From Azolla caroliniana (taxonomy: Eukaryota > Plantae > Polypodiophyta): a DNA stretch of 64,000 nt. Made by a program: the position numbers and the translations under genes. The notes below the pieces were generated by a model, which made no database searches, was not told where the DNA came from, and saw only the letters and a program-made list of their open reading frames with translations. The stretch spans positions 16,058,001-16,122,000 of the forward strand of contig JBHGNT010000015.1 in the NCBI GenBank assembly GCA_043228905.1. Reading direction: 5' to 3'. Of the stretch, positions 53,301 through 64,000 are shown piece after piece (position 1 is the first letter of the stretch; each line of letters opens with the position of its first letter).

Positions 53301-56300
53301 TGATTGGGAATGTTTGGCTGCAAGTTAGATCAGATGTTAGATGCTTGAGAAGCTTAAACAGATACGGTGTCTGCCAGCTCCAGCTTCTGATGGGTGATGT
53401 TCCATGTCTACAATGAGGAGATGTCTTGATCGACCTATCATCTTCTGTAAGAACTTGACTACTTCCATTGAGCTCACATACCCTTGCTGCAGACTGTCTT
53501 GCTGAGCTCAATTTCAAGGATGGAGAGACATCATGATCTCGTCTTCCTCGAAGTAATGAGATCTGATCTTCACATGTTATTGTGCAACCTGCCGTCTCTC
53601 TCTCTATTTCCCTCTCTGTACGAATCATTCTCCCCTGGAAAAATGGACCCTTCAGTATGTTCATCAGTAATCCATCAACTGGATTCATGAGGAAATCAAG
53701 AAGGAAATCCATGTCTTCTGAAGAAAAGAAAGAGAAGTTATCATTGAACTTGGACGCCTTTGATTGCATCCTTCTGTAGAAAAGGATAACAAGTGAGTCG
53801 AGACACTGAAATGCATCCCTTAAAAATCCAAGACCAGGGGATTCTAAACAGAAATCTCGTTTACTAAACAGTAGTATTGTCAATGCCTCAGGCATATCAG
53901 TGTAAAACCTAGAAAAATTCAAGATATTCTTGTAGCATCCATGACAGGATTCCAGTAAAAGCCAGCTCAGATAGCTCTTCACACATGCCCAATGCTTCTT
54001 TTTACTCACAATAATTTGCCAGAGTCTCTCCTCAATATCAGTCCAACACGAGCTTGAGTATGACTTATCATCTTTTATGATTTGAAAAATAGCTTTCAAG
54101 AGATTTAAAAAGCTTTGCATAGCAAGTATTTGAGGCAAAGACCAACTAGCAGGCTGCTCCAATCCAGAAAAAACACTCAAGGCTCCATCAAAATATCCAC
54201 ATATGTCTGGAAGAATGGAGCATACTAATCCTTCTGTTGAAAGGAAGATACTGAAGTCTGCTACAATGTTCATGAGCATGCTAATTCTTTGCCAAAAGCT
54301 TAAAGTTGATAGCCGTCCCACGTCAATGTTCTTGTGAGATGCAAGTTTGTGGTTACACTTTTCTATTAGACCTGATAGTGCATTGCATTCCAAAGAAAGA
54401 ATGTCTGAAGACAGCGCCACTCTAAGATTCCTCAATGCCTCTTGAAGAAAAAGTTCATGAAAACTGATGTTAACATCAGCTTGAAGGGATTTCCTAGCTT
54501 TTGTTACATGTTCCAGCCCTTGATTTTTATCAACGTGCCCATGTTTGTCTGTATTCATTTGAGTCAACACCCTATCTAACTGGTATATTACTTGAAAGAT
54601 CAATTCTTGCAATCTTCTTTCATCGGGTTGAGATAAACTATCAATGAAATTGCACATATCCATAATGAAGGAAGAGATGACTGCATCATGGTTTACATGA
54701 ATTTTCCTTGTGACTTCCCTCTGCGCTGAAACTGCAGCAGCACTGTGATGTACAAGCAAAGTATGGAATACCTCTAGCAAGCATATATTTGTTTCCAGAA
54801 CCATTATATGGAATCCATCATTTGTTCTTCGTAATCTTCTGCTTTTCTCCACAGTCAAACATGGCTTCAAGATAAGTTTTGGAACTTTGGGCCTTTCGGA
54901 GGAATGATGCATTACATTTTGACCAACATTGTCCAAATTTAAATTGTCTGGCTGTAGCACTTTTTGAACAGTGGTGCATTCTTCAGAATGATCATTTTCT
55001 ATAAGACTCCTCACAGAAAGATGCCTTTTCTGTTTTCTTTGATTAAAGATGAACTTGGATGAACTTTTCCCCCTGCATAAGAAAGCCACTTTTGTTACAA
55101 GATCTACCAATCTGGCAAAACTTCCCTCTAGCATCTGGTACCCTCTTTCTTTCAGGGTCTCATGTTTCGAGCTATGTATAGAAATATTGCAGACACTTTC
55201 AGAAGTTAAATGTCCTGCACCATATCTGTGTTTAATGGACAATGGAGAAACTATGAGGTTTTCCTTTCCTTGTTCCATCACTTCACCAGGAAGTGTCACG
55301 CATATATCATTGTTGATTGAACATTCAAATTGGTTGGATGTCCTTATCCTAACAAGTGAGACATACAGCTCAAGTATTGGCCACAATCCTCCACATTTTG
55401 CAACACCAGATGCGATGAAGATAGACCCATTAACTAACAGAACTAGCAATTTGGTTAGACACCATAATTTCTCTAGTTCACTCTCGAGATTCTGATCACT
55501 GCTATCCACTTGAGGTGTTCGCAGCTTGATTTCTCCACTGGAAGGAAAGTTCAATAAACCATTATTAGTTGTATAATCCTTCAGCCGACCCATCAAGAAA
55601 TCAACTATGTGATTGGTAGCATCTGCAGGAAGAACATGTGTAGTATTCAAACAAATTTCTGCAGTCTCATATATACTTAAGCCTGCTGTTTCTCCTCTCG
55701 AAATGTGTTTTCCAGATGATTCAATTGCCTCTTCAATCAACGATTCTAAGAAACCATTGTGCACCCACTCCAGCAATCTCATCTGTATTGATTCTATCTT
55801 ACAAGTGTTGTCCTCAAAAGGCACACCAGATTTTGAGGAAGTCGGGCAAAGGGAATCAAAAAACTTTAGGATACCAATATTTTCAGATTCATTGCCACTT
55901 CCTTTATTGGGTAGGAGATGAACCTTTAGGATCTCACAATCTAATTGAGAATCTTGAAACTCATGTTTTATTTCCTTGTTTTGCTTTGAAAAGCTCCGAC
56001 AAGGTGAAGCCGCATGCTGATATGCATTCTGCGGCATCAAACTGCCTTTGACATGTTGCCTCGTTGAATCTCTCCCGGCCCTGCAGCTCTCATTGCTTGA
56101 TAAGTTTCCACTTGTTGATGTGGATCCATTCCCCTCTATGCTATAGGTGGAACAGAGTGATTTGATAGACAATGGGGTTACAATACCTCCTTTTCTATTA
56201 GAAAGATCCATCCTTGAATCACTCCTGCTCGACGGAAACATTTCTTTAGCATCTTGCATCAAAATGTCAAGCAAAATGTGAATGCCCCTTTGCCTGACTG

Positions 56301-57576
56301 ACCTGCTACTGCTGCCCAAGTTTGAAAGGGCACATCGCTCCTTGGATGACAATCCAGGGTTTTTACCACTCAAAGAACAAAACTTCAGCTCCTGAATCGT
56401 TGGAGCTAACGATATGCTCTCCATTTTGAAAGCTCCTAAGAAACTGAAATCCCGTTTAAAAGAAGCAACCACTTCTTGTTCCGAAAAACCACCTTTATCA
56501 TACATTACATTGAGAAGGGTGGCACAGTCTGAATTTTCTGTTCTTTCAGAGAGCTGGCATACTTTCCATTTACTCACCTGTGGACAGTGATTTTTGTGTT
56601 TACTGTACTCGTGTGATAGATCATAACTGCTTCCAGAATCATCTGTTATGTTTTTTAGTAAATTTTCTAAACATTTATCTCCGGTTATCCACAAGGCATT
56701 ATCTGAAAAATCAAACTTTACCATGGTCCATTGCAAGGTGCTTAAACAGACCAGAAACCTCGAACCTTCCAATGCTGCGGCATAACTATGATGTTTGAGC
56801 CATCTACCAAAATCTATGAGCTCAAACCTCATATCAATGAATAAAGAATTATATACAACTTTTTGTACAAGCTGTTGGAAATGCCAAAGAACTCCCCCTG
56901 GAGAGATCATATCTACAAGTTTCTCATAGAACATCAAAGGGAGCGCAAGGAGCCATTTCTGAATCCACTTACAACTAATTGACGATCCATTACCATGTTT
57001 CCTACCTAAAAAATCATTACCCAGATGATTTACTCCAACAGATTTGGGAAACTTGTCCTTCGCTTTTTGCCTGAGGCTATGCCATTTCTCACACACCTTT
57101 GGATTTTCAACATTTTCCACCCTTAAAGAAGAAGAAGAAGAAGGAGAGCCATCTAGGGTTTCCACTTCCGGAGAAACCACAACAAAGAGGCCAGGAAAGA
57201 TAGGTTGAATCAAAGGCATGAAAGACCTTAGTCTGCATGCAAACCAAAGTTGTGATTTCAAGATCCTGCGTGATGTTATATCTGAACTATGAAATTCCAT
57301 ACATTCTTCTGGAACTTCGGCCCATAAAGTGAAAGAACCAGGGCCTGAAGCTTTAACCCACTCATCTAATGCCCTTCTACTCCCGACCAGAACTCGGATA
57401 AAGTGAGGGAAGTGTACCTCTTCGCTGCTGCTAAGGCGGTGGTGCTTTTGCTTCTTGCTCTTGAGAAGCAGAGTGCCTAGTATGCTTTTCTGAGGGAAGA
57501 TTAGGCCGTCTGCTAGAGGGGAGAAGTGGTGGTGATGGATGAAGGAGGCGGAGGAGGTGCTGTTCGTCTCTGACAT
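44312..57576 (-). CDS. Giant (~2550 aa) protein with C-terminal non-RD Ser/Thr protein kinase domain
   Basis: Exons on -: 57576-51434, 51318-51239, 50476-50313, 50220-49855, 49087-48908, 47366-47106, 44776-44312, total 7659 nt, in frame. Kinase motifs IAHGASSQV, VVLK, SEV, HYDLKCDN, DFG, GTEYVKSPE, DVWGLGCLLYELLTG, RDPHRRP. The exon 2/3 junction and the 3' end are less certain. Confidence 0.88.
45120..46870 (-). mobile_element. Degenerate LINE RT fragment plus 3'-tail repeat in kinase intron 6
   Basis: Minus strand LSDDIVLIS...KTKMMLFN and YLGVTF motifs (46600-46860); stem-loop/TTTC tail copy at 45120-45385. Confidence 0.65.
48220..48539. repeat. 158-bp tandem duplication, intronic and near-identical
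   Basis: TTTAACCTCTTTTATCTAAGCA..GTGCCTTAGCA at 48220 and 48378, with few substitutions. Confidence 0.92.
51434..57576 (-). CDS. 6.1-kb first coding exon of the giant kinase gene (~2047 aa, no domain recognised)
   Basis: Uninterrupted 2048-codon ORF ending at CCCCA|GTAAG; no transposon motifs. Confidence 0.9.
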
Positions 57577-57626
57577 TCTGTATCTCCGAGCATGGTCAAG
57601 ATGGTTCAGGGAGCGCCGCCTCTGTT

Positions 57627-57985
57627 GCAGATGGAGATGGAGATGGAGATGGAGATGGAGATGGAGATATGGAGATGGAGGAAAGGAAAAGGAAACAGAG
57701 AGGAGGAAGTCCTTCCATTTCAGCTGAAAACGCCTTTCTCTGCAGGTAGTTGCTTTGTCGTTGCTTCCTCCTCCTCCTCCTTCTTCTTCTTCTTCTTCTT
57801 CTTCCTTCCTTCCTTCTTAGCGGTTTGGTTTGGTTTGGTTTGGTTTGGTTTCGGTTTGGTTTGGGTTTGGTCAAGTTTGGTTTCGGTTTGGTTTGGGCTG
57901 GTTTGGTTTGGGTTTTCTTTCGTTTCGGTTTCATTTCGCCATACTTCCATTTCGTTTCCGTTTCATTTGGCTTGGTTCTGGTTCT
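57627..57985. repeat. Compound microsatellites (GAGATG)n, (CCT)n/(CTT)n and (GGTTT)n upstream of the kinase ATG
   Basis: Directly visible; these explain the low-complexity ORFs in this region. Confidence 0.9.
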
Positions 57986-58339
57986 AATGGTGGCCCTCTC
58001 ATACCTGCATGGAGAGGACAAACAGAATGTTCCTCGCTCCACTTGCTTCTCTCTGTCTTGTTTGCTTCTTTGTTTCGCAAAAGCTTCGCAGTGTTCTCAC
58101 ACTCTCTCTTGAGGAAGCCGAAACGCAAAGAACAACCAAACGCCCTTCGATGTTGGGCTTCAAAACAAGTCGACACAGAGTAGAAAGGATTAAGACGATA
58201 AGGGAACGTGAGCTACGTCAACTAGAAGCTATGGTTGGGGTACCTTTTATATTGGGGCCACGGGCCACATCCACATCGAAACCCTTTGACCTCCCGCTTC
58301 TCTTCGAGAGACTTGGATGGAAATGAAATTAGGCCTAGT

Positions 58340-58861
58340 CATAGTTCTAGCCATACGTCCCATTCGTGTCATACTCAAACGCCAATATTCATATCATACT
58401 CATACGTGAAAAGGCTCCAAGTATGATTGAAATCCATATGCGGTACATAGATATATATACATATGGTGTACATAGTGTGTGTGCGGTGAGGGGGAGAGAG
58501 AGAGATAGAGAGAGAGCGTGTGTGGTCTAGAGAGAGAAACCCTGTTTTGGATGTGTGAGGAGAAAGTGGTTGAGTGTATATCTAGACTCTAGAGAGAGAG
58601 AGGAGCTATGGGTTTTGTTTATGTGAGGGAGTGTGTAATATGTATATTAGATATCTAGGTTTTGTAGAGAGAGAAGATCTGTCAGTTCTTGTGTGTGAGA
58701 GAGAGAGAGTGTGTGTGTGTCAAACGTCACTTCTGTTCACAAAGAATTATGAATATCAAAAATTAAAAAAACCCAAACGAATATCCCGCATCATATGCGT
58801 ATGTTTGCAAACGTTCACGTACGTCCAGTAAATTGGACGTACGCGAATATTAGGAACTATG
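58340..58861. mobile_element. hAT-type MITE
   Basis: TIR CATAGTTC / GAACTATG; 8-bp TSD GGCCTAGT (58332-58339) and GGCCTAAT (58862-58869), 7/8 match. Confidence 0.85.
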
Positions 58862-58986
58862 GGCCTAATATAACATCATTTTCATTGTAGAACATGTTTG
58901 TTATTTTATTTTACTAAAACTATTTAGCTTAAAACTCTATTTTTATTTTTATTTTTTACTTTCGATGAATGGGTAAATATCCCATT

Positions 58987-59053
58987 TTTTGTTGTAAACC
59001 ATTTGTCTCATGGGCCAATTTTGGCCTTAGAAGACGTTAATTATCTTTCTTTC
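58987..59053 (+). repeat. Dispersed retroposon-like 3' tail copy
   Basis: Near-identical to 15970-16050. Confidence 0.7.
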
Positions 59054-59699
59054 ACACCTCTTCTTCATTTCTCAAATCTATTTTCTCTCTTTTGTGTATT
59101 CAGTTTTGTTTTCTAATACATTGTTTTTCTCTCTCTCTTAGTATTCTATGTGATGTTTTTTTGTGTCTACACTTCTTTTTTTATCAGCCTTGTAGAGTAA
59201 CGTCTCTTTTTGTCCCTATATACACACTCACTCACACAAAAGACACACAAAAAAAAGGACATACAAAAGAAAGACATATATTTATTTATTTATAAACAAT
59301 TATAACTTTTTCCCTTTTTAGCCCTAAGCCGATTCGGCCAGTCGATTTGACACTCAATCAATAGTCGGTTGTCAGCCGGCTCCATGTCATGGCTCCACTT
59401 GAGTGAATAGACCCAACAACAAAACTAGTGCTCAATCTATTGAGTTTAAATTTTAGCTAGAGCCACCATCCTTGCACCTCAAAATGAAATGTACCCCTAT
59501 CATCGAACCCCCAAGTATACAGTGGCATTCTTACAACGTGAAAATATCCCTATGAGAAGTGTATAGAGCTTTGGGAATCCTTGCAACTCTCAATTGTAGT
59601 TTTAACTTCATACTATCTAAAGAAGTTGAGCTTATGCTCTACGAAATGTTAAAACTAAACCCACAACCTCGGCACGATGTATTCAAATGAATAAAGAGA

Positions 59700-62410
59700 G
59701 ATAGTGCCTCCCCACACTTCGAATACATAAAGCAAAAGTTGTGTTACCATGACATTAAATAACATGAGTTTCACTTCCCATCCATGAGTATCACTCTAGT
59801 TGCCTTTATTTTCTAACATATAATAACTTTTCCAACCATCTTGAAGTGTAAACTCAAAGCATACACTCCATTATTTGTGGCAAGTACATCAATACCAAGA
59901 CTCTTGAAGTTTTGTACAAATTGTACATGTTGTCCCTTAAATATAATTATAGGGTATTGGTGAGGTTGAATGGTTCTCACTACCATCATTTTGCTTTTAT
60001 CCACACTACAATTAGTCCACTACTTTGGAATAATGCATTTAATGCTCCAAGTAAATGTTGCATACCATCAACATCATATGATAACCACCTCATCCGCATA
60101 TAAAAGCAATATGATAACCTGTTGCATGAGTTTTGGGGCATCTCAACTTTCTTCTCTTGCATTCATCACTTCTTCCAATTTATCAATGCATAAACCAAAG
60201 AGTGTAGGTGATAATGAACATCCTAAACCCCATGTAACTCAAAAAGTGTTCTGAGAAACCAAATCAATTTTTAGTTGGCATCATATAATCATGCAATAGA
60301 AATTCGACACTCTAATGGCATGCCAATTTCCACCATTCTATTCCAAAGCTCACTTCATGGGTACTATGTCAAATGCTTTTTTTTAATGAACAAAGCAACA
60401 ATAGAGTATCTTTCCTTGTAGTCGACTTTCTTCCATAATTATTCTCAATGTAACAAGATGATCTACCATGGAGTGTTTTGGTCTAAAACTACTTGTCCAA
60501 GTGCTCATTTGTTTTAACTTTTAGCTCGTGCACTTACCTTTGCTCCATAATAGTGTTATACAATGTAGCAATAGTTGAGCTCACCATGATTGTACAATAT
60601 TTTGATACTTTTTTTTTATCTCTTGTTTTAAATATTGGCTTAATCCAATTCATGAGCCAATAATTTGGCAAACCTTGTTTAACAACTTGATTTATGATGG
60701 TCATGATCCACGATGAGTACTTGGCATTGTCGGTTGCTTTCACATTAACTATCTTATTTGTTCCCTTGTTGACATCTTCAAGATCAATGTGTGTATTACA
60801 AGGTGTTTCAATGTTAGATCAACCATTAGAACCACTCCCTCATGCACATATAAGCTTTGTACATACTCTAGCATCTCTTCATTTGTAAATTCGCCTTTGA
60901 TATCTTCCTTATTACCATTGAGTTGTTTCCATGCTAAGCTTGGTTGGAGGTTAAACAACCTTTTCTGTTTTCCTTTCTTGCATTTGGAAGTATTCTCTTC
61001 TCTTTCTTCTTAATACCTTTTTATATTGGTGCCATACCATGACCCGTTCACTCTCCCCTTTGCAAACTTATATATAGTTTGAGATATATCTTACATTCCT
61101 CATCCAACTAAGAATTAGATGGGAAACTAGATCTTTTATGTCCAACAACACACATTTAAAAGTATTGATATCCTACCTCAACAATGACAAGTTTCATGTG
61201 TTTCCAATTTTCTTTAACATCATTACCTAAAGAGAGTTTTGACAAATGGTTCTCAACTTCTTTTGTAACAAGGTCAAATGACGTATCTTCTTTCCTCTTT
61301 CACTTTACCACATTTGTTGATAAGGGTGTAAGAGTGTAAGGTTCAAGTACAAGGGCTTATGGTCTGAGTTTGGGGATAGAACACCAATCTTAAATGCATT
61401 CACCATGGATAGATCACATGCCTTCAAAAATACATAATCTACGACACTTCCTCCACTTGCAATTAGTAAACATGTGAGTACATTTATCAAAGGAAAAGCA
61501 TTTATACTATTAAAGATAATCAACTTTGTGCAGTCAACATGTGCATAAGAATTCTTCCATAATCAATTATAATATCATCCTTTGAGTCACATAATAGACA
61601 ATGATCCACTATATTTTCTTCTAATATGTCTATATTTTGGTACTCTCTTACTCTAGCATTAAAATCTACCAAGCTTCTCAAAAACAAGTATGCCTTGACA
61701 TAAATCTATAAAAGGATCACACATTCCAACCCTAATCTACTACAATAGTTTTGACTCTTTATGAGGAAGGTAACATGTGGCTAAGTAGAGATTCTCTTTG
61801 CCTATATTAATATCTATCCAAAAGTATCGCTTATAATCATGATACTTACATAATCTTATATAATTATCTAACCTCTCATGGTAAATACATGATATCCTTG
61901 CATGCTCAATATTCCCTTTAGAGTGAAGCCATATCAACTTTACAAGTATAAGGTAGCCATCTATTTTAGCCATGTGTTCTGCATCATGCTCCTAAGTTTC
62001 AACCAAAAATATAACATTAATGCCTTGCGCAACATCAGTTAGTCCTAACCCCTTATCCCATGGATATCCTCTATAAAAACAAATCCCAAATTTGAGGTAT
62101 ACATAGTCGCATAGGTCATCACTTGCTATGCATTTTGCATTCCTTCCCTAGATGCATATGCTTGCCTCCTACATTCTTGTTCTTTTGGAGTTTGATCCTC
62201 CGTTACAAAAAAACTATCTAAGATTCTATCTGTTTTACGTTCATCTACGATTGTACAAACAATACCTCGACAATATGTTCCTTCTAACCTTTCTTACCAA
62301 CCCTACGTGCAACATATACAATAACATCTCACATAGCAAAACAATCTTCAAAGAATTTTGTAATATTCTCTCCAAAAGAAAGTGCATTCTCCGACTCATC
62401 GTCTACCATG
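59700..62410 (-). mobile_element. Degenerate LINE (ORF1 relic, endonuclease, RT)
   Basis: Minus strand YLATCYLP, DFNAR, SVVDYV, SDHKP (EN); IKPIFK.RDK, KAFDIV, LSPTLFGL, LYADEV, KSLGI (RT); many stops. Confidence 0.82.
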
Positions 62411-62412
62411 CT

Positions 62413-62583
62413 TTTCATTAGCACCAAATGCAATCCTATTCACAGTTTACTTTGATAATCAAGAGGACATCTAACATCATTCTTTACTACAACTGGATCA
62501 GATCAATGGCGTAAACCTTTCATTAGCACCAAATGCAGTCCTATTCGCAGTTTATTTTTATACTCAAGACATCTAACATCATT
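62413..62583. repeat. ~65-70-bp imperfect direct repeat, period ~104 bp
   Basis: TTTCATTAGCACCAAATGCA.TCCTATTC.CAGTTTA...GACATCTAACATCATT occurs twice. Confidence 0.8.
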
Positions 62584-62964
62584 GAAGTATTAATAGATGG
62601 TTACTATCCTTACAACTGAATGAAGAGGTGAGAACCTTTCATTATGCAGAGGAACCTAGAAAAGTATGAATGATATGTATGAATGAATATATAGATTGTA
62701 TGTATGAATGTTTTTCTCAGAACCCGCGGAATGATATAAATAACGCCTTAATAATGCTAGTACCAGAACATTCTTTTGAAAACTTCAAAATTTCTAATAA
62801 GTGAAACTTGGGAAGTACAATATACAGTAAAAATAAAAAAACTCCTCAAATGAAAGAATGAAACACCATACATTGACTAAAGTTTAAAAAGAATTAGAAT
62901 ACATGCGAGGAAGATATGAATACATAATTGGTGCTATTATGACATTGAACCAAGAATAAGATAC

Positions 62965-63417
62965 CTAAAGTACAGGCAAAATTTCGCTACTGCTGTTGCT
63001 ACTGCCATGAAATGACGCCTTTTCGTCTTGTTGAGGACACATGCAGTCTGGTGAAGGATATGTATAAATTGAAGCACTAGCTTTGCGAAGCTCATGTCCT
63101 TTCAAATCACTATGGCGGCGCATCCCTTGCATTTGTTTTGTGAAGCTTTCCCACCTAGAACCAGGAAACGTGATGTTAATCTAGAGCATAGTGCATCTCA
63201 ACAAACTAAATTTGACAGCTCCTTACCCAATGTTGGGAGTGTCTAATAATACAGCCAACTTTCTTTTGTCAGGTTTAATGGTTTTCGAATGACCATTGTT
63301 CAGAAACCGCCGATGCCCAATCAGAAATTGGGGAAAATTACCACCTTGAGTGGTGACAAACACTTCACTATGAAGGCATACAGTATAATCCAACGCAGCT
63401 AAACGCGAGGAGTATTT
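62965..63417 (-). CDS. O-fucosyltransferase family protein (GT106/DUF246; ESMD1/OFUT9-like), last two coding exons; gene continues beyond the window
   Basis: Exon 63417-63227 [46 protein letters not shown]; exon 63154-62965 [22 protein letters not shown]; GT-AG in phase. Confidence 0.92.
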
Positions 63418-64000
63418 CTGTGTCAAAAGACAGCCACATTAATAGCGAACCAACAAGTTTCTAACATGCATGTAATCGACCAATCTTTCAAGATATAAGA
63501 ATTTCCACATGAGCTATTGAATCAATTGTTACTAATATATGTTTGCCATATGTGTCTATACAAACAGTTGTAGGCAGTTGCTAAGTATTATGCGTATAAT
63601 ATGCACCATAAAACATTATGAAATCTACAGAAAATTTGAAGACAGATAATGTTACATATAAATTTAAAAAATATGACCCACACTCTGATTCTCTGATTCC
63701 ACATCCAACAGCACACAACACAATTGGTAGATCTGATCTTCCATAGATTTATATACATATTTGCCTGTCTCAATCTCTAAATGATGTGACTAGGTCCTGA
63801 AGTGTGTTATCACACTAAGGAGGGTATGAGATAGATGTGTATCAAAATATTGGAGAACCCAATGTCAACTCCATCCTCTGAAGTGTGTAAAAACAGGGCC
63901 ATCATACTTAATTTAACGATATCAGCTCAGATTCCTCTATCCTTTTCCATTATGGTCATATCCAAGGGTAAACAAATCAAGCTATTATGGAATAGTGCAT

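Noticed and set aside
57539-58326. Several overlapping ORFs upstream of the kinase
   Set aside because: They are translations of microsatellites with no coding signature.

Overview
Eukaryotic land-plant genomic DNA with GT-AG introns, (CT)n microsatellites and abundant plant transposons. A fern or other non-seed vascular plant is my inference, not something the sequence proves. The first ~13.3 kb is a nested LTR-retrotransposon cluster: a near-intact Ty1/copia element inserted into an older copia, then a third decayed copia and a gypsy relic. Four host genes follow. (1) A CCT-domain (CMF-type) gene on + with a 5x42-bp coding minisatellite. (2) A mitochondrial SCO copper-chaperone gene on - that resembles HCC2 in places but keeps the CxxxC and His ligands. 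(3) A ~2550-aa protein on - with a 6.1-kb first exon and an unusual non-RD kinase domain. (4) The 3' end of an ESMD1/OFUT9-like O-fucosyltransferase on -. Between them lie Mutator-like and hAT-like MITEs with readable TSDs, a solo LTR with a perfect TSD inside a gypsy fragment, degenerate LINEs, tRNA-derived SINEs and a dispersed stem-loop/(TTTC)n 3'-tail repeat. There is no prokaryote-style system such as CRISPR. The best novelty candidates are the giant kinase, the SCO protein and the repeat-expanded CCT protein. All gene models and family assignments were read by eye, without database searches.
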